Assembly (NCBI GenBank): GCA_049967855.1
Contig: JBMFRX010000004.1
Span: 8,751-72,750 of the forward strand
Direction of reading: 5' to 3'
DNA from: Caldisericaceae bacterium
GTDB taxonomy: Bacteria > Caldisericota > Caldisericia > Caldisericales > Caldisericaceae
DNA: 64,000 nucleotides
A program made the translations under genes and the position numbers. Position 1 is the first letter of the stretch. Each line of letters opens with the position of its first letter. Below, piece after piece: positions 36,889 to 44,886 of the stretch. The notes under the pieces were generated by a model that made no database searches, was not told the origin of the DNA, and saw nothing but the letters and a program-made list of their open reading frames with translations.

Positions 36889-38065
36889 TCTCGGACTCTC
36901 CTTTTAGAACAGCAAGAATTTCGTCTCGCTTTGCATAAGCTGCGGATACAACTCTTTTGTCGAACTGAGTTCCTTCAAAACTTCTCAGTTCCGCAAGAGC
37001 TTCATCGAATACACGAAGCTCTCTGCCGGGTCTTCCTGAGGTCATAGCGTCAATTGCGTCGGCAACTGAAATAATCCTGCTTGTTATAGGGATGTCTTCT
37101 CCCTTGAGCTTGTCTGGGTATCCTGTGCCGTCAAACCATTCGTGGTGGTGAAGAATTGCGTCGGGCACTCCATTAAGAATGGAAAACTTCCCAACAAGCT
37201 TAGCTCCTAGTACTGGGTGGTCTTTGATTTCATCGATCTCCCAATCCTCCAAAATGCCGTTCTTTCTCAGAATGATTTCCTGAACTCCTATTTTCCCAAT
37301 GTCGTGAAGGAGGCCACCTATCTTTGCAACTGCCACCTCTTTCTCTGGCAAATTCATTTCCTCTGCAATTAATTCAGAAATTCTCGAAACTCTCTTTGAG
37401 TGTCCTGCAGTGTAAGTATCTTTAAGCTCAACGGTGTTTATGAGGACCTTAAGCATTTCCACAAAACCTTGCCTTACAGTTTTTACGTAATTTTCTCCTG
37501 CTATGAAAGCTGCAGTTAGATTCACAAATATCTCTGATAGTCTTAATTCCTCTTTGGTGAAAGTTGCTCCACCAAGTTTAGTTTGTAGAACTACGCCAAG
37601 CAAATCAGAGGAGAAGGTGATTGGAATTGCAAGCAAGGAGCTATCTTCATTCGGAGTGCCCTGAACGTGCTTAGCAACAGGGCTCTTGTTAGCGTTATTC
37701 AGGAACATCCCCTTTCTTTCTTTGGCCACGAACCCTGTGAAGCCTTCACCTATTGCAACCTTCATTTTACTTAATTGTTCTTTGTAAGGCCCTACAATAT
37801 ACTGAGGAGTCAGGTTGTGTTCTTCGGGATTGTATCTAAAATATGTAAATTCATTTGCCTGGGTTATTGTTTGAACAGTGTCACAAATGTTCTCAATGAA
37901 GTCTTCCTCTCTACCAAGTTCGTACATCTTCCTCGATAAATCCGAAGTCCTTTCAATAATGAAATCTTTTTTTCTGTCATCTTTCTTCATAATTTGAAGC
38001 TGATAAAGAAGAATCCCTATCAACACCAAAAGTCCAATTTCAAAAGCCATTCTTATAATCTCCAT
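36842..38065 (-). CDS. membrane-anchored GAF / HD-GYP c-di-GMP phosphodiesterase
   Basis: LHDIGKIG (HD) and HHHEWFDGTGYP (GYP) motifs. N-terminal TM segment and GAF domain. Confidence 0.85.
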   Translation of the reverse strand: MEIIRMAFEIGLLVLIGILLYQLQIMKKDDRKKDFIIERTSDLSRKMYELGREEDFIENICDTVQTITQANEFTYFRYNPEEHNLTPQYIVGPYKEQLSKMKVAIGEGFTGFVAKERKGMFLNNANKSPVAKHVQGTPNEDSSLLAIPITFSSDLLGVVLQTKLGGATFTKEELRLSEIFVNLTAAFIAGENYVKTVRQGFVEMLKVLINTVELKDTYTAGHSKRVSRISELIAEEMNLPEKEVAVAKIGGLLHDIGKIGVQEIILRKNGILEDWEIDEIKDHPVLGAKLVGKFSILNGVPDAILHHHEWFDGTGYPDKLKGEDIPITSRIISVADAIDAMTSGRPGRELRVFDEALAELRSFEGTQFDKRVVSAAYAKRDEILAVLKGESEIEEPATEEDFTKLSS

Positions 38066-38081
38066 AATTTTCCTCCATCAA

Positions 38082-39122
38082 TCATACATTGAATCTGAAG
38101 TGAACAATTTCCTTGTCCTTAACAATGTACTTTTCTCCTTCAATTCTCAAAATGCCTCTAGATTTTGCTTCTTTAAAAGAGAAGCCGACCTTTTTGAAAT
38201 CATCAAAAGAAATTACCTCTGCAGCTATGAATCCTCTCTCAATATCAGAGTGAATCTTACCTGCTACTTTACGTGCGTTCAAACCCTTCTCAAAAAGCCA
38301 AGAACGTACTTCGTCTTCGCCTGCGGTGTAGAATACATTATAGTTCATTAGCTGCATTGTTTTTTCAACAACTTCAGGAAGCACAGGGCTTTTCAAGTCA
38401 TAAGACTTCAAGAATTCTTCAAGTTCTGCTCCATTAAGTTCAGAAAGCTCTTTCTCGAGCTCCGCAGGAACTGCAATGAAAGCTGTCTTTTTAAAGCCGA
38501 ACCTTGCAGAAAGAGACTGTTCTATTTCCTTTGAAGAACCTATCCTTTCGTCACTTATATTCACAATGAACAGTGTTGGCTTTAAGGTTAAAAATTCGAA
38601 AGAACGAAGTGAGTTGAGTTCGTCTTCTGTAAAATCAATATTTCTTAACGGCCTGTTGTCATTTAACTCTTCGAGACATCTTAGGATTGCTTTCTGCTCA
38701 ATTTCTTTCTGCGCGTCAAGTTTTTCTCTTTTTAATTTTTCAGCTCTCTTTTCAGCAATATCAAGATCCATTAAAACAAGGTCTGCATCAAAAGTTAAAA
38801 TCTCTCTTTCAAAATCATTTGTAGTAAACCCATCCACAACTTCAATCAAGGTATCTACCTTTCGTATCGAAGAGAATATTTCGTTTCTTCTTTTAGTGTT
38901 TTCACTTCCTCCAGGAACACCAGGGATATCAACAAAAGTTATTTCTGCAAAGGTGGTTTTCTTTGGCTTGAAAAACTCTGAAAGTTCAACGATATTCTTG
39001 TCGAACACTTTAACGCTCCCAATATTTGGCTTGTCAAATGAAATGTTTGCAGAATCCTTTATAAGTGACATAAAAAGTGTCGTTTTCCCTGATGCTGGCA
39101 AACCTACAATTCCTGCTTTCAC
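38082..39122 (-). CDS. ychF: ribosome-binding ATPase YchF
   Basis: GIVGLPASGKTTLF P-loop and a TGS-like C-terminal domain ending HFRFNV. GTG start with AGGAGA SD. Confidence 0.85.
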   Translation of the reverse strand: MKAGIVGLPASGKTTLFMSLIKDSANISFDKPNIGSVKVFDKNIVELSEFFKPKKTTFAEITFVDIPGVPGGSENTKRRNEIFSSIRKVDTLIEVVDGFTTNDFEREILTFDADLVLMDLDIAEKRAEKLKREKLDAQKEIEQKAILRCLEELNDNRPLRNIDFTEDELNSLRSFEFLTLKPTLFIVNISDERIGSSKEIEQSLSARFGFKKTAFIAVPAELEKELSELNGAELEEFLKSYDLKSPVLPEVVEKTMQLMNYNVFYTAGEDEVRSWLFEKGLNARKVAGKIHSDIERGFIAAEVISFDDFKKVGFSFKEAKSRGILRIEGEKYIVKDKEIVHFRFNV

Positions 39123-39260
39123 TTTTTCTCCTTTATTAAATATGAAATGTATCTTATTGTATATTATATTTAATTTTCAAATTAATTTAAAATAGGAAGA
39201 TGCAAACTGTCGTGTAGATTAAGAAAATGTTTCTGTATAATTCATAGAATTTGAGAAATA

Positions 39261-39335
39261 TGGTAGCGTAGCAGGGAGTTGAACCCTGGTCTGGGGATTG
39301 AGAGCCCCCTGAACTGACCGTTGTTCTACTACGCC
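39261..39335 (-). tRNA. tRNA-Glu (anticodon CTC), CCA encoded
   Basis: Reverse complement GGCGTAGTAGAACAACGGTCAGTTCAGGGGGCTCTCAATCCCCAGACCAGGGTTCAACTCCCTGCTACGCTACCA. Cloverleaf with anticodon loop CT-CTC-AA. Confidence 0.8.
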
Positions 39336-39338
39336 AAA

Positions 39339-39412
39339 TGGCTGAGAAGGATGGATTCGAACCATCATTAGAGGATCCAGAGTCCCCTGTCCTACCATTA
39401 GACGACTTCTCA
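39339..39412 (-). tRNA. tRNA-Gln (anticodon CTG), CCA encoded
   Basis: Reverse complement TGAGAAGTCGTCTAATGGTAGGACAGGGGACTCTGGATCCTCTAATGATGGTTCGAATCCATCCTTCTCAGCCA. U1:A72 pair typical of tRNA-Gln. Confidence 0.85.
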
Positions 39413-39491
39413 ATGATAAAGAATTAGTAGAGAAGATTAACTCTCTAACTCACTATTAATGATTATAATTATTTTTCAAAAAAATTCAACT

Positions 39492-39734
39492 CTATTTCTC
39501 TTGCGTTTCTTCCTCGGAAATTTCTACTCCGTGACCCGTAAGAAGGTCTCTCCCTTTTGCCTTTGCCTCTTCTGCAAAGTTCTGTGCATCACTTGCAAAC
39601 TCATTAGCCCGTTCCTTAAGCATTTCTCGTGTTTCTTTACCAGGCCTTGGTGCAAAAAGAATCCCTAACACAAATCCTACTGCTGCCCCAAAAATAAGTC
39701 CTTCAAAAAAATTACTTCCTCTGTCGTCCGCCAT
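39492..39734 (-). CDS. YtxH-like general stress protein
   Basis: FFEGLIFGAAVGFVLGILFAPRPGKETRE N-terminus. AAGGAGG SD. Confidence 0.7.
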   Translation of the reverse strand: MADDRGSNFFEGLIFGAAVGFVLGILFAPRPGKETREMLKERANEFASDAQNFAEEAKAKGRDLLTGHGVEISEEETQEK

Positions 39735-40152
39735 AATTCTTTCCTCCTTGTGCTATCAGTTTGTTAATTATTTTGAAACCTTCGATTCCTGCAACTGCAA
39801 ATCTTGCAATAGTAATGAGAGTGCTAAAAGCACTTTTCTCTTTTGTTTCGCTTCTCTGTGTTAGCAAAAAAGGAAGTAATTGCATCACGTTTCCTGTTGC
39901 AGAGAAAATACTTCCGGTTTTCTTTACGGTGTTATTGATATTCGCTGTTAGTTCAGTGGTATTTTTCAGTGTGTTTTCAAGTTCGTCGCTCAGGGCATTT
40001 ACTTTAGCATCAAGAGTTTGTATGAGTTGTTGAGTATTCTTAAGCGTGTTTTCAAGCTCTCTTTTTGTTGACATCAAGAAAACCAACAGCAGAATCACTG
40101 AAACTAAACCCTCTACTACTAATACCCATAACGCTACTGCAATTGAAGTCAT
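39712..40152 (-). CDS. DUF948-like membrane-anchored coiled-coil protein
   Basis: N-terminal TM segment followed by repeated LENTLKNT coiled-coil segments. AAAGGAGG SD. Confidence 0.6.
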   Translation of the reverse strand: MTSIAVALWVLVVEGLVSVILLLVFLMSTKRELENTLKNTQQLIQTLDAKVNALSDELENTLKNTTELTANINNTVKKTGSIFSATGNVMQLLPFLLTQRSETKEKSAFSTLITIARFAVAGIEGFKIINKLIAQGGKNYGGRQRK

Positions 40153-40175
40153 TGCAATCCTCCTTTCTCTTTATC

Positions 40176-40346
40176 AAAAACCCCACGTGAGCCGTGGCTT
40201 AGCAAAATTCAGGAGTCCCTAAGGACAGGTGGGAACTTAAGCACCTAAAAGGGAGCCCTCAGGCTTCGTATTTTTGATGCATCGGTTCCCATTTAAATTG
40301 TGTTGGCTCGAATTCGCTAAGTTTTACACGCACCCCGCAGGGACCT
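40176..40346 (-). ncRNA. candidate structured 5' leader or small RNA (unclassified), bounded by a promoter and a terminator
   Basis: Starts about 7 nt after an extended -10 promoter. Nested helices GTCCCT/AGGGAC, TGGGAAC/GTTCCCA, AGCC-tgag-GGCT. Ends with CCACG-gctca-CGTGG-GG-TTTTT, 24 nt before the DUF948 start codon. Confidence 0.4.
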
Positions 40347-40351
40347 ACTAT

Positions 40352-40379
40352 ATTTTAGCACTTTATCAAATATTTTCAA
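40352..40379 (-). promoter_or_regulatory. sigma70 promoter with extended -10 driving the structured RNA and DUF948-ytxH
   Basis: Minus strand TTGAAA (40379-40374, overlapping the ogg stop), 16 nt ending TGc, TAAAAT (40357-40352). Confidence 0.55.
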
Positions 40380-41245
40380 CAATGGCCAAATGACCTAATA
40401 AAATAGTACATATACTGTTGGGCATACCCTGCCGACTCTCCAAAAATTCTTCTTCCTTCTTCAGTCACCTTCCTGGCGTTTTTAGAAACAGAAAAAAGCT
40501 CTTTCATTGCTCTTTCAATCCAGACGTCGACAGGAAAAGCCGAAAGTTCTCCAAACCCAAAAAGGAGTATGCATTGTGCAACTTTCTCTCCAACTCCCTT
40601 AATCCTGAGCAGAGCATCTCTTTTCTGGTCAAAGCTCTTGTTAGAGAGTTGCTCAAAGAATTCCTCATCGTATTGCTCGATAAAACCCTTCAAGAATCGC
40701 TCTCTAAAACCTAAGTGTAGTAATCCTAAATCTTTGTTGGCGAGTTTTCTAAGCTCGGTTGATGTCGGAAAAGCATAGTATATTTCACCCTTGTGTTCGA
40801 TACTTTTTCCAGCCATTTCTGCAAGCATGTTAAGTCTTTTTCTTATCGTAGGGATAGAAGTTTGTATTGAAAAAATAAATGAAATTGCTACCTCATAAGG
40901 TGGATTTTTCATTACCCTGATTCCATTAGCTTCATCAATTATGTGGGATAAATTAGGTGCTTTTTCTAAAATGTTTCTGTTTATATCGTCAATGTTGTGC
41001 TCGAGACCTAATAACTCTTTTATTTCCTGTATGCTTATGTTTTCTCCTGCCACTCCAACTTTTATTGATTTATTGTCTATTTGATTAAGCTCGAGAATAG
41101 AGTTTTTGAATGGATAGATGTATGTTCCGTTTCTGATCTCATATCTGAATGTTTGACCGCAGGTTATGGTCTTTTCAAGAGAGAACTCTTTGCTTGCTTT
41201 GATAATATGTTCTCTACTTTGCAAGTTCGTATATTGCGTTGCCAT
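40376..41245 (-). CDS. ogg: 8-oxoguanine DNA glycosylase / AP lyase (Ogg, HhH-GPD family)
   Basis: GVGEKVAQCILLFGFGELSAFPVDVWIERA helix-hairpin-helix/GPD motif. Start overlaps the pepV 3' end by up to 32 nt. Confidence 0.8.
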   Translation of the reverse strand: MATQYTNLQSREHIIKASKEFSLEKTITCGQTFRYEIRNGTYIYPFKNSILELNQIDNKSIKVGVAGENISIQEIKELLGLEHNIDDINRNILEKAPNLSHIIDEANGIRVMKNPPYEVAISFIFSIQTSIPTIRKRLNMLAEMAGKSIEHKGEIYYAFPTSTELRKLANKDLGLLHLGFRERFLKGFIEQYDEEFFEQLSNKSFDQKRDALLRIKGVGEKVAQCILLFGFGELSAFPVDVWIERAMKELFSVSKNARKVTEEGRRIFGESAGYAQQYMYYFIRSFGHC

Positions 41246-42545
41246 AAATTTTAGTTATTTTGACAAGATGGCTTATTTCTATGTACTCATTTGCCATATG
41301 CTCAACTGCTTCCATACCTGGCATACCTGGTCCAAAGGCAACTCCTTTATCCATAGCTCGTGCATATGTTCCCCCGCCGATAGAAATTGTGTATCCTTTC
41401 TGCCCTGTGAACTTCTCATAAACTGCCAAAAGCGTTTTAATTAGAGGCTCATCATCTTTCACGAAAAGTGGGTCTTGATTTCTTATTTGTGCAACCTTCA
41501 GTCCATACTTTGAAGCAGTCAGAGCAATTTTTGAAACAATATCCTTGTAATCTTTAGTGACAGGGTAACGTATATTAAAGGTAAGAGTTCCATAACTTTC
41601 GTTGACCTCGATTGTGCCGAGGTTTGCGGTTAAGTCGTGAGAAGGTTCATCGCTCATTTTTATCCCGAGGCTTCTTCCATCAACCTCTTTGCCTACGGCT
41701 TCATTGATGAATCTTATGATGTCTTTCACCTCTTCATTTGCAATGGAGCTCTTGATAGCGTTAGCAATCATAGAAATTGCGTTCTTGCCTTTTTCGGGAA
41801 GTGCCCCATGAGCCGAGATTCCTCTTGCAACGACGGTGTTTCCTTGTATATAAACATCCGAATCAACCAATTCCAATTCAATTTTGTGGTTGAATCTTGC
41901 TTCAGCATGGTCTGGAACCATGTTTGGCCTTTCGCCACCAACTATGTAAACTTCTTCGTTTCTTGTAGCAAAATCCTTCCTAAGAGTTACGTTAAGGATG
42001 CCCTTTTCTCTGTTTATCACTGGAAACTCTGCATCAGGAGTAAAACCAATAAGTGGGTCTCTTAGAACAGCTTTCAGGTGGTCCATACACTTCCACCCCG
42101 TTTCCTCATTTGTCCCGAAAATTATCCTCACTCTCTTGCTAAGTTTAGTCTGAGTTTCTTTCAATGCATATAATCCAAAAAGAGCTGCAAATATTGGGCC
42201 CTTATCGTCTATCGTACCTCTTCCGTAAAGTCGCCCCTCGTGCGTCTCGCCTCCGTAGGGAGGGTATTTCCAATCAGTCCCTTCTGGAACTACATCAAGG
42301 TGCCCAAGCACGCTAATCACTTCATCTCCTTCGCCAAATTCTGCATAGCCAAGAACATTGTTTAGATTCACTGCTTTGAACCCAAGATCTTCGCTTACTT
42401 TCAAAGCGTAGACGAGTGCTTCCTTAACCCCTTTGCCAAACGGAGCTCCTTCTTCTGGCAATTCCTCAGTACTTTTAATCTTAATAGCATTGCTAACTAT
42501 CTGAACAAGCTGGTCTTTCCTTTGTTCAATGAAGTCTTCTATCAT
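41214..42545 (-). CDS. pepV: dipeptidase PepV (M20 family)
   Basis: GHLDVVPEG, GRGTIDDKGP, NEETG motifs. Start at ATG 42545 with AAGGAGG SD. Confidence 0.85.
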   Translation of the reverse strand: MIEDFIEQRKDQLVQIVSNAIKIKSTEELPEEGAPFGKGVKEALVYALKVSEDLGFKAVNLNNVLGYAEFGEGDEVISVLGHLDVVPEGTDWKYPPYGGETHEGRLYGRGTIDDKGPIFAALFGLYALKETQTKLSKRVRIIFGTNEETGWKCMDHLKAVLRDPLIGFTPDAEFPVINREKGILNVTLRKDFATRNEEVYIVGGERPNMVPDHAEARFNHKIELELVDSDVYIQGNTVVARGISAHGALPEKGKNAISMIANAIKSSIANEEVKDIIRFINEAVGKEVDGRSLGIKMSDEPSHDLTANLGTIEVNESYGTLTFNIRYPVTKDYKDIVSKIALTASKYGLKVAQIRNQDPLFVKDDEPLIKTLLAVYEKFTGQKGYTISIGGGTYARAMDKGVAFGPGMPGMEAVEHMANEYIEISHLVKITKIYGNAIYELAK

Positions 42546-42912
42546 TTCTTCCTCCTTGCGTATTTTTTCTTTCACAAGTCCATTTTAATTCAAACCGATG
42601 TTTTTTAAAAACATGACTTTGATTATTTGATGCAAGGAATGATCGAAAACTAACAACAAGATATGGATAGTAGATGTAAAATCTCAAGTTCTGTGGGAAA
42701 ACTTTGAGAAACTTTCATTCGCACAGAAATCTTCGATAGAGGCTATTTATTCAGTTTTTTCTGAGAGAATTCCTTGATGTGCTTCAGGATATTGAGATAA
42801 TGAGCTTCTTTGCTTATGAATACGAAACAGCAAACGAGGATTGCATTTAAGAATTAGTTAAATATGTTAGCAACTATGGGAAAAAATTATAATGGAAAAG
42901 TCTTTTTGTTGT

Positions 42913-42939
42913 TTGAAAAACTGCTAATAATGCTACAAT
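42913..42939 (+). promoter_or_regulatory. candidate extended -10 promoter; -10 lies 6 nt from the ATG
   Basis: TTGAAA (42913-42918), 15 nt ending TGc, TACAAT (42934-42939), aaatat, ATG 42946. No SD. Confidence 0.45.
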
Positions 42940-42945
42940 AAATAT

Positions 42946-43452
42946 ATGAAAAATGACCGTAAGTTTGAGCTTTTTTTAAAAAGGCTTTTTCTGGTTGCTC
43001 TTATTGTAGGGCTTGTTGGTGTTGCATTTGAGATTGTATTTCAAGACAACAAGCATAGCTTTATTCCTGCGATAATTATTGTTGCATCTGGTTTAGATTT
43101 TTTTATTTACATTTTTCTCATTTATAAAAAAGCGCACTCAAGAACGCCCGCTATTAGCAATGTAAATAGCGCTAACCCTTATGCTGGTCTAAGTTTATTT
43201 ATGTCTACTGGCGATGCTATGGAGGCAGAAGTCGTAAGCCAACTTTTAAAATCATTTGGCATCAACAGTATAATGAGGCGGGAAGTAGGAGGGTCTTTTG
43301 GCTCAGGTTTTAATGTTCTTGCAAAAGCTTATCTTGGACAGTCTACTATCCCAGGAACAGTTGTAAACATTTTTGTTAACGCAAAGGATTTTGACAGAGC
43401 AAGAAAGATTATTGAGAATCGCTCGGATTATAAAAGTGGGAGGCAATTATGA
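42946..43452 (+). CDS. membrane-anchored DUF2007-like (putative signal-transducing) protein
   Basis: Two TM segments, then MEAEVVSQLLKSFGINSIMRRE...VNIFVNAKDFDRARKIIEN. Confidence 0.55.
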   Translation: MKNDRKFELFLKRLFLVALIVGLVGVAFEIVFQDNKHSFIPAIIIVASGLDFFIYIFLIYKKAHSRTPAISNVNSANPYAGLSLFMSTGDAMEAEVVSQLLKSFGINSIMRREVGGSFGSGFNVLAKAYLGQSTIPGTVVNIFVNAKDFDRARKIIENRSDYKSGRQL

Positions 43453-43820
43453 AGATATGCCCAAGATGTGGACACGAAAATGATGATGACGCAGTTATCT
43501 GTAAGAACTGTGGTTTTGAGTTTGATGGTAATGAGAATTTTGAATGGGTACTTTTGGAAACTGCTGCAAGTGAATTTGAGGCAGACATAGTAAAGAATCT
43601 CCTTGAATCCAACGGAGTGATTGTTATGATGAAAAGACCTGGTCCTGGGTATTCAATATCATCCCCTTTTGCAAACCCGTTGCTTGGAAGTGTCGGCCAC
43701 TGGGATATCTTTGTAACAAGGGACAATCTGGACAAAGCAAAAGCAATATTAAGTGCAGGATTTTCAGATGAAGGAGGACAAGATGGAACTAATAAAGATG
43801 ACGACAAGGGAGATAAGTGA
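43449..43820 (+). CDS. zinc-ribbon plus DUF2007-like protein
   Basis: CPRCGHEN...CKNCG zinc ribbon, then FEADIVKNLLESNGVIVMMK...WDIFVTRDNLDKAKAIL. ATGA overlap with the previous gene. Confidence 0.55.
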   Translation: MKICPRCGHENDDDAVICKNCGFEFDGNENFEWVLLETAASEFEADIVKNLLESNGVIVMMKRPGPGYSISSPFANPLLGSVGHWDIFVTRDNLDKAKAILSAGFSDEGGQDGTNKDDDKGDK

Positions 43821-44487
43821 GTATTTCAAAAGTTTTAAGACCGTAATCATCCCGATTGGTGCTACAGAGGAACATTCAGATGCGCTCCCTCTTGGGACTG
43901 ACACTTTTACAGCAGAGGCGCTTGCCATTGAGGTGGGAAAACGCTCAGGGAGAGTTGTAGGCCCAACGATTAACGTTGGAAATTGTTATTCTGTGACTTA
44001 CGAATTTAGCGGCACTATTTCTTTATCACCTCAAACTCTTGTAGCTGTGTTGGTTGATTATATGAAATCTCTATACAAACATGGTGCGAGAAATTTCCTT
44101 TTTGTAAATGGACACGGAGGGAACGTATCACCTCTTAGATGTGCTATTGATACTCTCTCAGTAGAGTTCAAGGAATCACGTTTTGCGGTTGGTTCATGGT
44201 GGCTTTTCAAAGAGTTATCTCAACTCTACGATAATGCAGGTCATGCAGGAAGAGGCGAAGTATCAATTATGCTTTACATAAATGAGTCTCTTGTGCATAA
44301 GGAGTTTTTTTCTGAGGAAAAAATAGTACCTCCTCCCTATTTTGTTTCAAATGACCTTACGCTTAAAGAGGTCACAAAAACAGGGATAATTAATGATAAT
44401 CAGGTAGGGTCTGCCGAATTAGGAGAAAAGCTATTCATGAAGTCGGTCGAGGTGTATCTCACATTGTTGAAAAGATTGGAAGGCTAA
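43783..44487 (+). CDS. creatininase-family amidohydrolase
   Basis: IIPIGATEEHSDALPLGTD and FVNGHGGN motifs. AAGGAGG SD before ATG 43783; overlaps the previous gene by 38 nt. Confidence 0.75.
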   Translation: MELIKMTTREISEYFKSFKTVIIPIGATEEHSDALPLGTDTFTAEALAIEVGKRSGRVVGPTINVGNCYSVTYEFSGTISLSPQTLVAVLVDYMKSLYKHGARNFLFVNGHGGNVSPLRCAIDTLSVEFKESRFAVGSWWLFKELSQLYDNAGHAGRGEVSIMLYINESLVHKEFFSEEKIVPPPYFVSNDLTLKEVTKTGIINDNQVGSAELGEKLFMKSVEVYLTLLKRLEG

Positions 44488-44886
44488 TCAGCCTGGCATT
44501 ATTTTAACATAAAAATACCTGCTTCTTGGGCCATCGAATTCTCCAAAGAAAATACCTTGCCAGGAGCCAAGCATAAGTTGGTTCAAAGATACAAATATTG
44601 TTATATTTGAACCTATAATGGCAGATTTTATGTGCGCCTGGGAATTGCCTTCAAGGTGAAGATAATTGTCCTTATCCGGAATAAGTTTTCCAAGTTCATT
44701 CAAGATATCTTTTTTTACGTTGGGATCAGTATTCTCGTTGATAAACACGCAAGCAGTTGTATGCGGGACAAAAACTACACACAAACCATCCACAATATTA
44801 GATTCTCTGACTTTATCCTCTACAATATCTGTAATGTCGATTAATTCTTCTTTAGCTTTTGTTTTTATCTCGACTTTGTAAATCAT
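44488..44886 (-). CDS. YjbQ/UPF0047 family protein (secondary thiamine-phosphate synthase-type)
   Basis: VFVPHTTACVFINENTDPNVKKD and HIKSAIIGSN motifs, 132 aa. Confidence 0.75.
   Translation of the reverse strand: MIYKVEIKTKAKEELIDITDIVEDKVRESNIVDGLCVVFVPHTTACVFINENTDPNVKKDILNELGKLIPDKDNYLHLEGNSQAHIKSAIIGSNITIFVSLNQLMLGSWQGIFFGEFDGPRSRYFYVKIMPG

Noticed and set aside
38476-39195. 239-aa ORF antisense to ychF
   Set aside because: The translation is Ser/Phe/Leu-rich and low-complexity, lies fully within a well-supported YchF gene on the other strand, and has no SD.
39462-39488. Possible promoter for the tRNA-Gln/Glu pair (TTGAAT-15-TATAAT)
   Set aside because: The spacer is only 15 nt with no extended -10, and the region is extremely AT-rich, so the match is not distinguishable from chance.
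40176-40346. The structured RNA considered as 6S RNA, a c-di-GMP-I/II riboswitch, or a c-di-AMP (ydaO) riboswitch
   Set aside because: The length fits 6S RNA, but the fold I can draw is a multi-helix junction, not a rod with a central bubble. Only fragmentary resemblance to riboswitch consensus blocks (ACGAAGCC, GGGGTG). It remains unclassified.
42546-42912. About 370 nt of AT-rich spacer between pepV and the DUF2007 gene, with tiny ORFs (14-16 codons) and short direct repeats (AAACTTT GAG AAACTTT)
   Set aside because: No SD, promoter, terminator or convincing structure is associated with any of them. The spacer probably just holds divergent promoter regions.
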